Shown: positions 1 through 9,980 of the stretch, piece by piece
Layout of the letters: every line of letters starts with the position of its first letter
Position numbering within the stretch: the stretch's first letter is position 1
Assembly (NCBI GenBank): GCA_964016885.1
Contig: OZ024743.1
Location: 140,430,001-140,494,000 of the forward strand
Direction: 5' to 3'
DNA: 64,000 bases
DNA from: Eledone cirrhosa
Taxonomy: Eukaryota
The notes under the pieces: model-generated
The model's database searches: none
Told to the model about the DNA's origin: nothing
Seen by the model: only the letters and a program-made list of their open reading frames with translations
Program-made: the position numbers and the translations under genes

Positions 1-39
1 GGTGTTTGGTGCTTGGTGCTTGGTGTTTGGTTTTTGGTG

Positions 40-3000
40 CTTGGTGCTAGGTGCTTGGTGTTTGGTGCTTGGTGCTTGGTGCTTGGTGTTTGGTGTTTGG
101 TTTTAGGTGCTTGGTGCTTGGTGTTTGGTGCTTGGTGCTGGGTGGTTGGTGTTTAGTGCTTGGTGTTTGGTGCTGGGTGCTTGGTGTTTGGTGCTTGGTG
201 CTTGGTCTTTGGTGCTTGGTGTTTGGTGTTTGGTGCTTGGTGCTTGGTGCTTGGTGTTTGGTGCTTGGTGCTTGGTGTTTGGTGCTTGGTGCTTAGTGTT
301 TGGTGCTTGGTGCTTAGTGTTTGGTGTTTGGTGCTTGGTGCTTGGTGTTTGGTGCTTAGTGTTTGGTGCTTGGTGCTTGGTGTTTGGTGTTTGCTGTTTG
401 CTGTTTGGTGTTTGTTGTTTGGTGTTTGTTGTTTGGTGTTTGCTGTTTGGTGTTTGGTGTTTGCTTTTTGGTGTTTGGTGTTTGCTGTATGTTGTTTGGT
501 GTTTGGTGTTTGGTGTTTGGTGTTTGGTGCTTGTTGCTTGGTGTTTGGTGCTTGGTGCTTGGTGTTTGGTGCCTGGTGCTTGGTGCTTGGTGCTTGGTGT
601 TTGGTGTTTGGTGCTTGGTGCTTGGAGTTTGGTGTTTGGTGCTTGGTGCTTGCTGCTGGCTGCTTGGTGCTTGGTGTTTGGTGCCTGGTGCTTGGTGCTT
701 GGTGCTTGGTGTTTGGTGTTTGGTGCTTGGTGCTTGGAGTTTGGTGTTTGGTGCTTGGTGCTTGGTATTTCGTGTTTCGTGTTTGGTTGTTGGTGCTTGG
801 TGCTTGGTGCTTGGTCCTTGGTGTTTGGTGCCGGGTGCTTGGTGTTTGGTGCTTGGTGCTTGGTCTTTGGTGCTTTGTGTTTGGTGCTTGGTGCTTGGTG
901 TTTGGTGCTTGGTGCTTGGTGTTTGGTGCTTGGTGCTTGGTGTTTGGTTTTTGGTGCTTGGTGTTTGGTGTTTGGTGTTTGGTGCTTGCTGCTGGCTGCT
1001 TGGTGTTTGATGCATGGTGATTTGTGCTTGGTGTTTGGTGCTTGGTGTTTGGTGTTTGATGCTTGGTGCTTGGTGTTTGGTGTTTGATGCTTGGTGCTTG
1101 GTGCTTGGTGCTTGGTGCTTGGTGTTTGGTGCTTGGTGTTTGGTGTTTGGTGCTTGGTGATTGGTGTTTCTACTTGGTGCTTGGTGCTTGGTTCTTGGTA
1201 TTTGGTGCTTGGTGCTTGGTGTTTGGTGTTATATGCTTGGTGTTTGATGCTTGGTGCTTGGTGCTTGGTGTTTGGTGTTTGGTGTTTGATGCTTGGTGCT
1301 TGGTGTTTGGTGCTTGGTGCTTGGTGTTTGTACTTGGTGCTTGGTGCTTGGTGCTTGGTGTTTGGTGCTTGGTATTTGGTGCTTGGTGCTTGGTGCTTGG
1401 TCCTTGGTGCTTGGTGTTTGGTGGTTGGTGTTTGGTGGTTGGTGTTAGGTGTTTGGTGCTTGGTGCTTGGTGTTTGGTGTTTGGTGCTTGGTGTTTGGTG
1501 TTTGGTGCTTGGTGTTTGGTGCTTGGTACTTGGTGCTTGGTGCTTGGTGTTAGGTGTTTGGTGCTTGGTGTTTGGTGCTTGGTGTTTGGTGCTTGGTGCT
1601 TGGTGCTTGGTGCTTGGTGTTTGGTGGTTGGTGTTTGGTGCTTGGTGTTTGGTGCTTGGTGTTACGTGTTTGGTGCTTGGTGCTTGGTGTTTGGTGTTTG
1701 GTGCTTGGTGTTTGGTGTTTGGTGCTTGGTGTTTGGTGCTTTTTGCTTGGTGCTTGGGGCTTGGTGTTTGGTGCTGGGTGCTTGGTGCTTGGTGTTTGGT
1801 GTTATATGCTTGGTGTTTGATGCTTGGTGCTTGGTGCTTGGTGTTTGGTGTTTGGTGCTTGGTGCTGGGTGTTTGGTGCTTGGTGCTTGGTGTTTGGTGC
1901 TTGGTGTTTGGTGCTTGGTGTTTGGTGCTTGGTGCTTGGTGCTTGGTGCTTGGTGTTTGGTGTTTGGTGCTTGGTGTTTGGTGCTTGGTACTTGGTGCTT
2001 GGTGCTTGGTGTTAGGTGTTTGGTACTTGGTGCTTGGTGTCTGGTTTTTGGTGCTTGGTGCTTGGTGTTTGGTGCTTGCTGCTGGCTGCTTGGTGTTTGG
2101 TGCTTGGTGATTGGTGCTTGGTGTTTGGTGTTTGGTGCTAGGTGCTTGGTGTTTGGTGCTTGGTGCTTGGTGCTTGGTGTTTGGTGCTTGGTGTTTGATG
2201 CTTGGTGCTTGGTGCTTGGTGTTTGGTGTTTGGTGCTTGGTGTTTGTACTTGGTGCTTGGTGCTTGGTTCTTGGTGTTTGGTTCTTGGTGTTTGGTGTTT
2301 GGTGCTTGGTGTTTGGTGTTTGGTGTTATATGCTTGGTGTTTGATGCTTGGTGCTTGGTGCTTGGTGTTTGGTGCTTGGTGTTTGATGCTTGGTGCTTGG
2401 TGCTTGGTGTTTGGTGCTTGGTGCTTGGTGTTTGTACTTGGTGCTTGGTGCTTGGTTCTTGGTGTTTGGTGCTTGGTGCTTGGTGTTTGGTGCTTGGTGC
2501 TTGGTGTTTGGTGCTTGGTGTTTGGTGCTTGGTGTTTGGTGCTTGGTGCTTGGTGCTTAGTGCTTGGTGTTTGGTGCTTGGTGTTAGGTGTTTGGTGCTT
2601 GATGCTTGGTGTTTGGTGTTTGGTGCTTGGTGTTTGGTGCTTGGTGTTTGGTGTTAGGTGTTTGGTGCTTGGTGTTTGGTGTTTGGTTCTTGGTGTTTGG
2701 TGCTTGGTGTTTGGTGCTTGGTGTTTGGTTCTTGGTACTTGGTGCTTGGTGCTTCGTGTTAGGTGCTTGGTGCTTGGTGCTTGGTGTTTGGTTTTTGGTG
2801 CTTGGTGCTTGGTGTTTGGTGTTTGGTGCTTGCTGCTGGCTGCTTGGTGTTTGATGCTTGGTGATTGGTGCTTGGTGTTTTGTGCTTGGTGTTTGGTGTT
2901 TGGTGCTAGGTGCTTGGTGTTTGGTGCTTGGTGCTTGGTGCTTGGTGTTTGGTGTTTGGTTTTAGGTGCTTGGTGCTTGGTGTTTGGTGCTTGGTGCTGG

Positions 3001-3470
3001 GTGGTTGGTGTTTAGTGCTTGGTGTTTGGTGCTGGGTGCTTGGTGTTTGGTGCTTGGTGCTTGGTCTTTGGTGCTTGGTGTTTGGTGTTTGGTGCTTGGT
3101 GCTTGGTGCTTGGTGTTTGGTGCTTGGTGCTTGGTGTTTGGTGCTTGGTGCTTAGTGTTTGGTGCTTGGTGCTTAGTGTTTGGTGTTTGGTGCTTGGTGC
3201 TTGGTGTTTGGTGCTTACTGTTTGGTGCTTGGTGCTTTGTGTTTGGTGTTTGCTGTTTGCTGTTTAGTGTTTGTTGTTTGGTGTTTGTTGTTTGGTGTTT
3301 GCTGTTTGGTGTTTGGTGTTTGCTTTTTGGTGTTTGGTGTTTGCTGTATGTTGTTTGGTGTTTGGTGTTTGCTGTTTGGTGTTTGGTGCTTGTTGCTTGG
3401 TGTTTGGTGCTTGGTGCTTGGTGTTTGGTGCCTGGTGCTTGGTGCTTGGTGCTTGGAGTTTGGTGTTTGG
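40..3470 (+). repeat. Direct duplication, offset 2859 bp (about 40-600 recurs at about 2900-3470)
   Basis: ORFs 51..296 and 2910..3155 have identical translations. Both copies share the TTGGTTT-TAGGTGC variant and the same order of downstream markers. 2859 = 409x7 - 4, and four 6-bp units lie between them (1168, 1328, 2244, 2432). Confidence 0.85.
391..500 (+). repeat. Degenerate sub-repeat island TTG(C/T)TGT (type example; more than 25 copies in the window)
   Basis: Run of TTGCTGT, TTGTTGT, TTGCTTT and ATGTTGT units in which position 7 is almost always T. Recurs at about 3250, 4790, 7431, 10045, 11437, 12450, 19934, 24911, 30023, 31269, 34531, 38774, 40544, 45186, 46213, 47863, 54130, 55570, 58679, 60169, 62574, 63146 and elsewhere. 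Confidence 0.9.
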
Positions 3471-4477
3471 TGCTTGGTGCTTGGAGTTTTTGTGTTTGGT
3501 GCTTGGTGCTTGGTGTTTCGTGTTTAGTGTTTGGTTTTTGGTGCTTGGTGCTTGGTGCTTGGTCCTTGGTGTTTGGTGCTGGGTGCATTGTTTTTGGTGC
3601 TTGGTGCTTGGTGCTTGGTGTTTGGTGTTTGCTGCTTGGTGTTTGATGCTTGGTGCTTGGTGGTTGGTGTTTTGTGTTTGGTGCTTGGTGCTTGGTGTTT
3701 GGTGCTTGGTGCTTGGTGCTTGGTGTTTGTACTTGGTGCTTGGTGATTGGTGTTTGGTTCTTGGTTCTTGGTGTTTGGTGTTTGGCGTTTGGTGTTTGGT
3801 GCTTGGTGCTTGGTGTTTGGTGCTTGGTGCTTGGTGTTTGGTGCCTGGTGCTTGGTGCTTGGTGCTTGGTGTTTGGTGTTTGGTGCTTGGTGGTTGGTGC
3901 TTGGAGTTTGGTGTTTGGTGCTTGGTGCTTTGTGTTTTGTGTTTGGTGTTTGGTTTTTGGTGCTTGGTGCTTGGTCCTTGGTGTTTGGTGCTGGGTGCTT
4001 TGTGTTTTGTGCTTGGTGCTTGGTGTTTGGTGTTTGCTGCTTGGTGTTTGATGCTTGGTGCTTGGTGCTTGGTGTTTTGTTTTTGGTGCTTGGTTCTTGG
4101 TGTTTGGTGCTTGGTGCTTGGTACTTGGTGTTTGTACTTGGTGCTTGGTGCTTGGTGTTTGGTTCTTGGTTCTTGGTATTTGGTACTTGGTGCTTGGTGC
4201 TTGATGTTTGGTGTTTGGTGCTTGGTGTTTGGTGCTTGGTACTTGGTGCTTGGTGCTTGGTGTTAGGTGTTTGGTGCTTGGTGCTTGGTGTTTGGTTTTT
4301 GGTGCTTGGTGCTTGGTGTTTGGTGTTTGGTCCTTGCTGCTGGCTGCTTGGTGTTTGATGCTTGGTGATTGGTGCTTGGTGCTTTGTGCTTGGTGTTTGG
4401 TGTTTGGTGCTAGGTGCTTGGTGTTTGGTGCTTGGTGCTTGGTGCTTGGTGTTTGGTGTTTGGTGTTAGGTGCTTGA

Positions 4478-7400
4478 TGCTTGGTGTTTGGTGCTTGGTG
4501 CTGGGTGGTTGGTGTTTAGTGCTTGGTGTTTGGTGCTGGGTGCTTGGTGTTTGGTGCTTGGTGCTTGGTCTTTGGTGCTTGGTGTTTGGTGTTTGGTGCT
4601 TGGTGCTTGGTGCTTGGTGTTTGGTGCTTGGTGCTTGGTGTTTGGTGCTTGGTGCTTAGTGTTTGGTGCTTGGTGCTTAGTGTTTGGTGCTAGGTGCTTG
4701 GTGTTTGGTGCTTGGTGCTTGGTGTGTGGTGCCTGGTGCTTGGTGTTTGGTGTTTGGTGTTTGGTGCTTGGTGCTTGGTGTTTGGTGTTTGCTGTTTGCT
4801 GTTTGGTGTTTGTTGTTTGGTGTTTGTTGTTTGGTGTTTGCTGTTTGGTGTTTGGTGTTTGCTTTTTGGTGTTTGGTGTTTGCTGTATGTTGTTTGCTGT
4901 TTGGTGTTTGGTGTTTGGTGTTTGGTGCTTGGTGCTTGCTGCTGGCTGCTTGGTGTTTGATGCATGGTGATTTGTGCTTGGTGTTTGGTGCTTGGTGTTT
5001 GGTGTTTGATGCTTGGTGCTTGGTGTTTGGTGTTTGATGCTTGGTGCTTGGTGCTTGGTGCTTGGTGCTTGGTGTTTGGTGCTTGGTGTTTGGTGTTTGG
5101 TGCTTGGTTATTGGTGTTTCTACTTGGTGCTTGGTGCTTGGTTCTTGGTATTTGGTGCTTGGTGCTTGGTGTTTGGTGTTATATGCTTGGTGTTTGATGC
5201 TTGGTGCTTGGTGCTTGGTGTTTGGTGTTTGGTGTTTGATGCTTGGTGCTTGGTGTTTGGTGCTTGGTGCTTGGTGTTTGTACTTGGTGCTTGGTGCTTG
5301 GTGCTTGGTGTTTGGTGCTTGGTATTTGGTGCTTGGTGCTTGGTGCTTGGTCCTTGGTGCTTGGTGTTTGGTGGTTGGTGTTTGGTGGTTGGTGTTAGGT
5401 GTTTGGTGCTTGGTTATTGGTGTTTGGTGTTTGGTGCTTGGTGTTTGGTGTTTGGTGCTTGGTGTTTGGTGCTTGGTACTTGGTGCTTGGTGCTTGGTGT
5501 TAGGTGTTTGGTGCTTGGTGTTTGGTGCTTGGTGTTTGGTGCTTGGTGCTTGGTGTTTGGTGGTTGGTGTTTGGTGCTTGGTGTTTGGTGCTTGGTGTTA
5601 CGTGTTTGGTGCTTGGTGCTTGGTGTTTGGTGTTTGGTGCTTGGTGTTTGGTGTTTGGTGCTTGGTGTTTGGTGCTTTTTGCTTGGTGCTTGGTGCTTGG
5701 TGTTTGGTGCTGGGTGCTTGGTGCTTGGTGTTTGGTGTTATATGCTTGATGTTTGATGCTTGGTGCTTGGTGCTTGGTGTTTGGTGTTTGGTGCTTGGTG
5801 TTTGATGCTTGGTGCTTGGTGCTTGGTGTTTGGTGTTTGGTGCTGGGTGTTTGGTGCTTGGTGCTTGCTGTTTGGTGCTTGGTGTTTGGTGCTTGGTGTT
5901 TGGTGCTTGGTGCTTGGTGCTTAGTGCTTGGTGTTTGGTGTTTGGTGTTTGGTGTTTGGTGCTTGGTACTTGGTGCTTGGTGCTTGGTGTTAGGTGTTTG
6001 GTGCTTGGTGCTTGGTGTCTGGTTTTTGGTGCTTGGTGCTTGGTGTTTGGTGCTTGCTGCTGGCTGCTTGGTGTTTGGTGCTTGGTGATTGGTGCTTGGT
6101 GTTTGGTGTTTGGTGCTAGGTGCTTGGTGTTTGGTGCTTGGTGCTTGGTGTTTGGTGCTTGGTGCTTGGTGTTTGGTGCTTGGTGTTTGGTGCTTGGTGT
6201 TTGGTGCTTGGTGCTTGGTGCTTGGTGTTTGGTGCTTGGTGTTTGGTGCTTGGTGTTAGGTGTTTGGTGCTTGGTGCTTGGTGTTTGGTGTTTGGTGCTT
6301 GGTGTTTGGTGTTTGGTGTTATATGCTTGGTGTTTGATGCTTGGTGCTTGGTGCTTGGTGTTTGGTGCTTGGTGTTTGATGCTTGGTGCTTGGTGCTTGG
6401 TGTTTGGTGCTTGGTGCTTGGTGTTTGTACTTGGTGCTTGGTGCTTGGTTCTTGGTGTTTGGTTCTTGGTGTTTGGTGTTTGGTGCTTGGTGTTTGGTGT
6501 TTGGTGTTATATGCTTGGTGTTTGATGCTTGGTGCTTGGTGCTTGGTGTTTGGTGCTTGGTGTTTGATGCTTGGTGCTTGGTGCTTGGTGTTTGGTGCTT
6601 GGTGCTTGGTGTTTGTACTTGGTGCTTGGTGCTTGGTTCTTGGTGTTTGGTGCTTGGTGCTTGGTGTTTGGTGCTTGGTGCTTGGCGTTTGGTGCTTGGT
6701 GTTTGGTGCTTGGTGTTTGGTGCTTGGTGCTTGGTGCTTAGTGCTTGGTGTTTGGTGCTTGGTGTTAGGTGTTTGGTGCTTGGTGCTTGGTGTTTGGTGT
6801 TTGGTGCTTGGTGTTTGGTGCTTGGTGTTTGGTGTTAGGTGTTTGGTGCTTGGTGTTTGGTGTTTGGTTCTTGGTGTTTGGTGCTTGGTGTTTGGTGCTT
6901 GGTGTTTGGTGCTTGGTACTTGGTGCTTGGTGCTTCGTGTTAGGTGTTTGGTGCTTGGTGCTTGGTGTTTGGTTTTTGGTGCTTGGTGCTTGGTGTTTGG
7001 TGTTTGGTGCTTGCTGCTGGCTGCTTGGTGTTTGATGCTTGGTGATTGGTGCTTGGTGTTTTGTGCTTGGTGTTTGGTGTTTGGTGCTAGGTGCTTGGTG
7101 TTTGGTGCTTGGTGCTTGGTGCTTGGTGTTTGGTGCTTGGTGCTGGGTGGTTGGTGTTTAGTGCTTGGTGTTTGGTGCTGGGTGCTTGGTGTTTGGTGCT
7201 TGGTGCTTGGTCTTTGGTGCTTGGTGTTTGGTGTTTGGTGCTTGGTGCTTGGTGCTTGGTGTTTGGTGCTTGGTGCTTGGTGTTTGGTGCTTGGTGCTTA
7301 GTGTTTGGTGCTTGGTGCTTAGTGTTTGGTGCTAGGTGCTTGGTGTTTGGTGCTTGGTGCTTGGTGTGTGGTGCCTGGTGCTTGGTGTTTGGTGTTTGGT

Positions 7401-9980
7401 GTTTGGTGCTTGGTGCTTGGTGTTTGGTGTTTGCTGTTTGCTGTTTGGTGTTTGTTGTTTGGTGTTTGTTGTTTGGTGTTTGCTGTTTGGTGTTTGGTGT
7501 TTGCTTTTTGGTGTTTGGTGTTTGCTGTATGTTGTTTGCTGTTTGGTGTTTGGTGTTTGGTGTTTGGTGCTTGGTGCTTGCTGCTGGCTGCTTGGTGTTT
7601 GATGCATGGTGATTTGTGCTTGGTGTTTGGTGCTTGGTGTTTGGTGTTTGATGCTTGGTGCTTGGTGTTTGGTGTTTGATGCTTGGTGCTTGGTGCTTGG
7701 TGCTTGGTGCTTGGTGTTTGGTGCTTGGTGTTTGGTGTTTGGTGCTTGGTTATTGGTGTTTCTACTTGGTGCTTGGTGCTTGGTTCTTGGTATTTGGTGC
7801 TTGGTGCTTGGTGTTTGGTGTTATATGCTTGGTGTTTGATGCTTGGTGCTTGGTGCTTGGTGTTTGGTGTTTGGTGTTTGATGCTTGGTGCTTGGTGTTT
7901 GGTGCTTGGTGCTTGGTGTTTGTACTTGGTGCTTGGTGCTTGGTGCTTGGTGTTTGGTGCTTGGTATTTGGTGCTTGGTGCTTGGTGCTTGGTCCTTGGT
8001 GCTTGGTGTTTGGTGGTTGGTGTTTGGTGGTTGGTGTTAGGTGTTTGGTGCTTGGTTATTGGTGTTTGGTGTTTGGTGCTTGGTGTTTGGTGTTTGGTGC
8101 TTGGTGTTTGGTGCTTGGTACTTGGTGCTTGGTGCTTGGTGTTAGGTGTTTGGTGCTTGGTGTTTGGTGCTTGGTGTTTGGTGCTTGGTGCTTGGTGCTT
8201 GGTGTTTGGTGGTTGGTGTTTGGTGCTTGGTGTTTGGTGCTTGGTGTTACGTGTTTGGTGCTTGGTGCTTGGTGTTTGGTGTTTGGTGCTTGGTGTTTGG
8301 TGTTTGGTGCTTGGTGTTTGGTGCTTTTTGCTTGGTGCTTGGTGCTTGGTGTTTGGTGCTGGGTGCTTGGTGCTTGGTGTTTGGTGTTATATGCTTGATG
8401 TTTGATGCTTGGTGCTTGGTGCTTGGTGTTTGGTGTTTGGTGCTTGGTGTTTGATGCTTGGTGCTTGGTGCTTGGTGTTTGGTGTTTGGTGCTGGGTGTT
8501 TGGTGCTTGGTGCTTGCTGTTTGGTGCTTGGTGTTTGGTGCTTGGTGTTTGGTGCTTGGTGCTTGGTGCTTAGTGCTTGGTGTTTGGTGTTTGGTGTTTG
8601 GTGTTTGGTGCTTGGTACTTGGTGCTTGGTGCTTGGTGTTAGGTGTTTGGTGCTTGGTGCTTGGTGTCTGGTTTTTGGTGCTTGGTGCTTGGTGTTTGGT
8701 GCTTGCTGCTGGCTGCTTGGTGTTTGGTGCTTGGTGATTGGTGCTTGGTGTTTGGTGTTTGGTGCTAGGTGCTTGGTGTTTGGTGCTTGGTGCTTGGTGT
8801 TTGGTGCTTGGTGCTTGGTGTTTGGTGCTTGGTGTTTGGTGCTTGGTGTTTGGTGCTTGGTGCTTGGTGCTTGGTGTTTGGTGCTTGGTGTTTGGTGCTT
8901 GGTGTTAGGTGTTTGGTGCTTGGTGCTTGGTGTTTGGTGTTTGGTGCTTGGTGTTTGGTGTTTGGTGTTATATGCTTGGTGTTTGATGCTTGGTGCTTGG
9001 TGCTTGGTGTTTGGTGCTTGGTGTTTGATGCTTGGTGCTTGGTGCTTGGTGTTTGGTGCTTGGTGCTTGGTGTTTGTACTTGGTGCTTGGTGCTTGGTTC
9101 TTGGTGTTTGGTTCTTGGTGTTTGGTGTTTGGTGCTTGGTGTTTGGTGTTTGGTGTTATATGCTTGGTGTTTGATGCTTGGTGCTTGGTGCTTGGTGTTT
9201 GGTGCTTGGTGTTTGATGCTTGGTGCTTGGTGCTTGGTGTTTGGTGCTTGGTGCTTGGTGTTTGTACTTGGTGCTTGGTGCTTGGTTCTTGGTGTTTGGT
9301 GCTTGGTGCTTGGTGTTTGGTGCTTGGTGCTTGGTGTTTGGTGCTTGGTGTTTGGTGCTTGGTGTTTGGTGCTTGGTGCTTGGTGCTTAGTGCTTGGTGT
9401 TTGGTGCTTGGTGTTAGGTGTTTGGTGCTTGGTGCTTGGTGTTTGGTGTTTGGTGCTTGGTGTTTGGTGCTTGGTGTTTGGTGTTAGGTGTTTGGTGCTT
9501 GGTGTTTGGTGTTTGGTTCTTGGTGTTTGGTGCTTGGTGTTTGGTGCTTGGTGTTTGGTGCTTGGTACTTGGTGCTTGGTGCTTCGTGTTAGGTGTTTGG
9601 TGCTTGGTGCTTGGTGTTTGGTTTTTGGTGCTTGGTGCTTGGTGTTTGGTGTTTGGTGCTTGCTGCTGGCTGCTTGGTGTTTGATGCTTGGTGATTGGTG
9701 CTTGGTGTTTTGTGCTTGGTGTTTGGTGTTTGGTGCTAGGTGCTTGGTGTTTGGTGCTTGGTGCTTGGTGCTTGGTGTTTGGTGCTTGGTGCTGGGTGGT
9801 TGGTGTTTAGTGCTTGGTGTTTGGTGCTGGGTGCTTGGTGTTTGGTGCTTGGTGCTTGGTCTTTGGTGCTTGGTGTTTGGTGTTTGGTGCTTGGTGCTTG
9901 GTGCTTGGTGTTTGGTGCTTGGTGCTTGGTGTTTGATGCTTGGTGCTTAGTGTTTGGTGCTTGGTGCTTAGTGTTTGGTG
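4478..9980 (+). repeat. Tandem higher-order duplication, period 2642/2649 bp (2 copies plus the start of a third)
   Basis: Matching ORF pairs: 4684/7326 (offset 2642), 5753/8402 and 6120/8769 (offset 2649). One extra TTGGTGC near 8190 explains the shift. Private shared variants are TTGGTTA (about 5104/7746 and 5410/8052) and TATATGC-TTGATGT (about 5740/8389). Confidence 0.93.

Noticed and set aside
137-145. GCTGGGTGG resembling the E. coli Chi site GCTGGTGG
   Set aside because: It has an extra G, so it is not Chi. It is explained by adjacent variant units.
1445-1449. TTAGG (arthropod telomere pentamer) occurring many times
   Set aside because: It is always isolated and arises from the single-substitution unit TAGGTGY after a T. 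It is never tandem, and TTAGGG/TTTAGGG were not seen.
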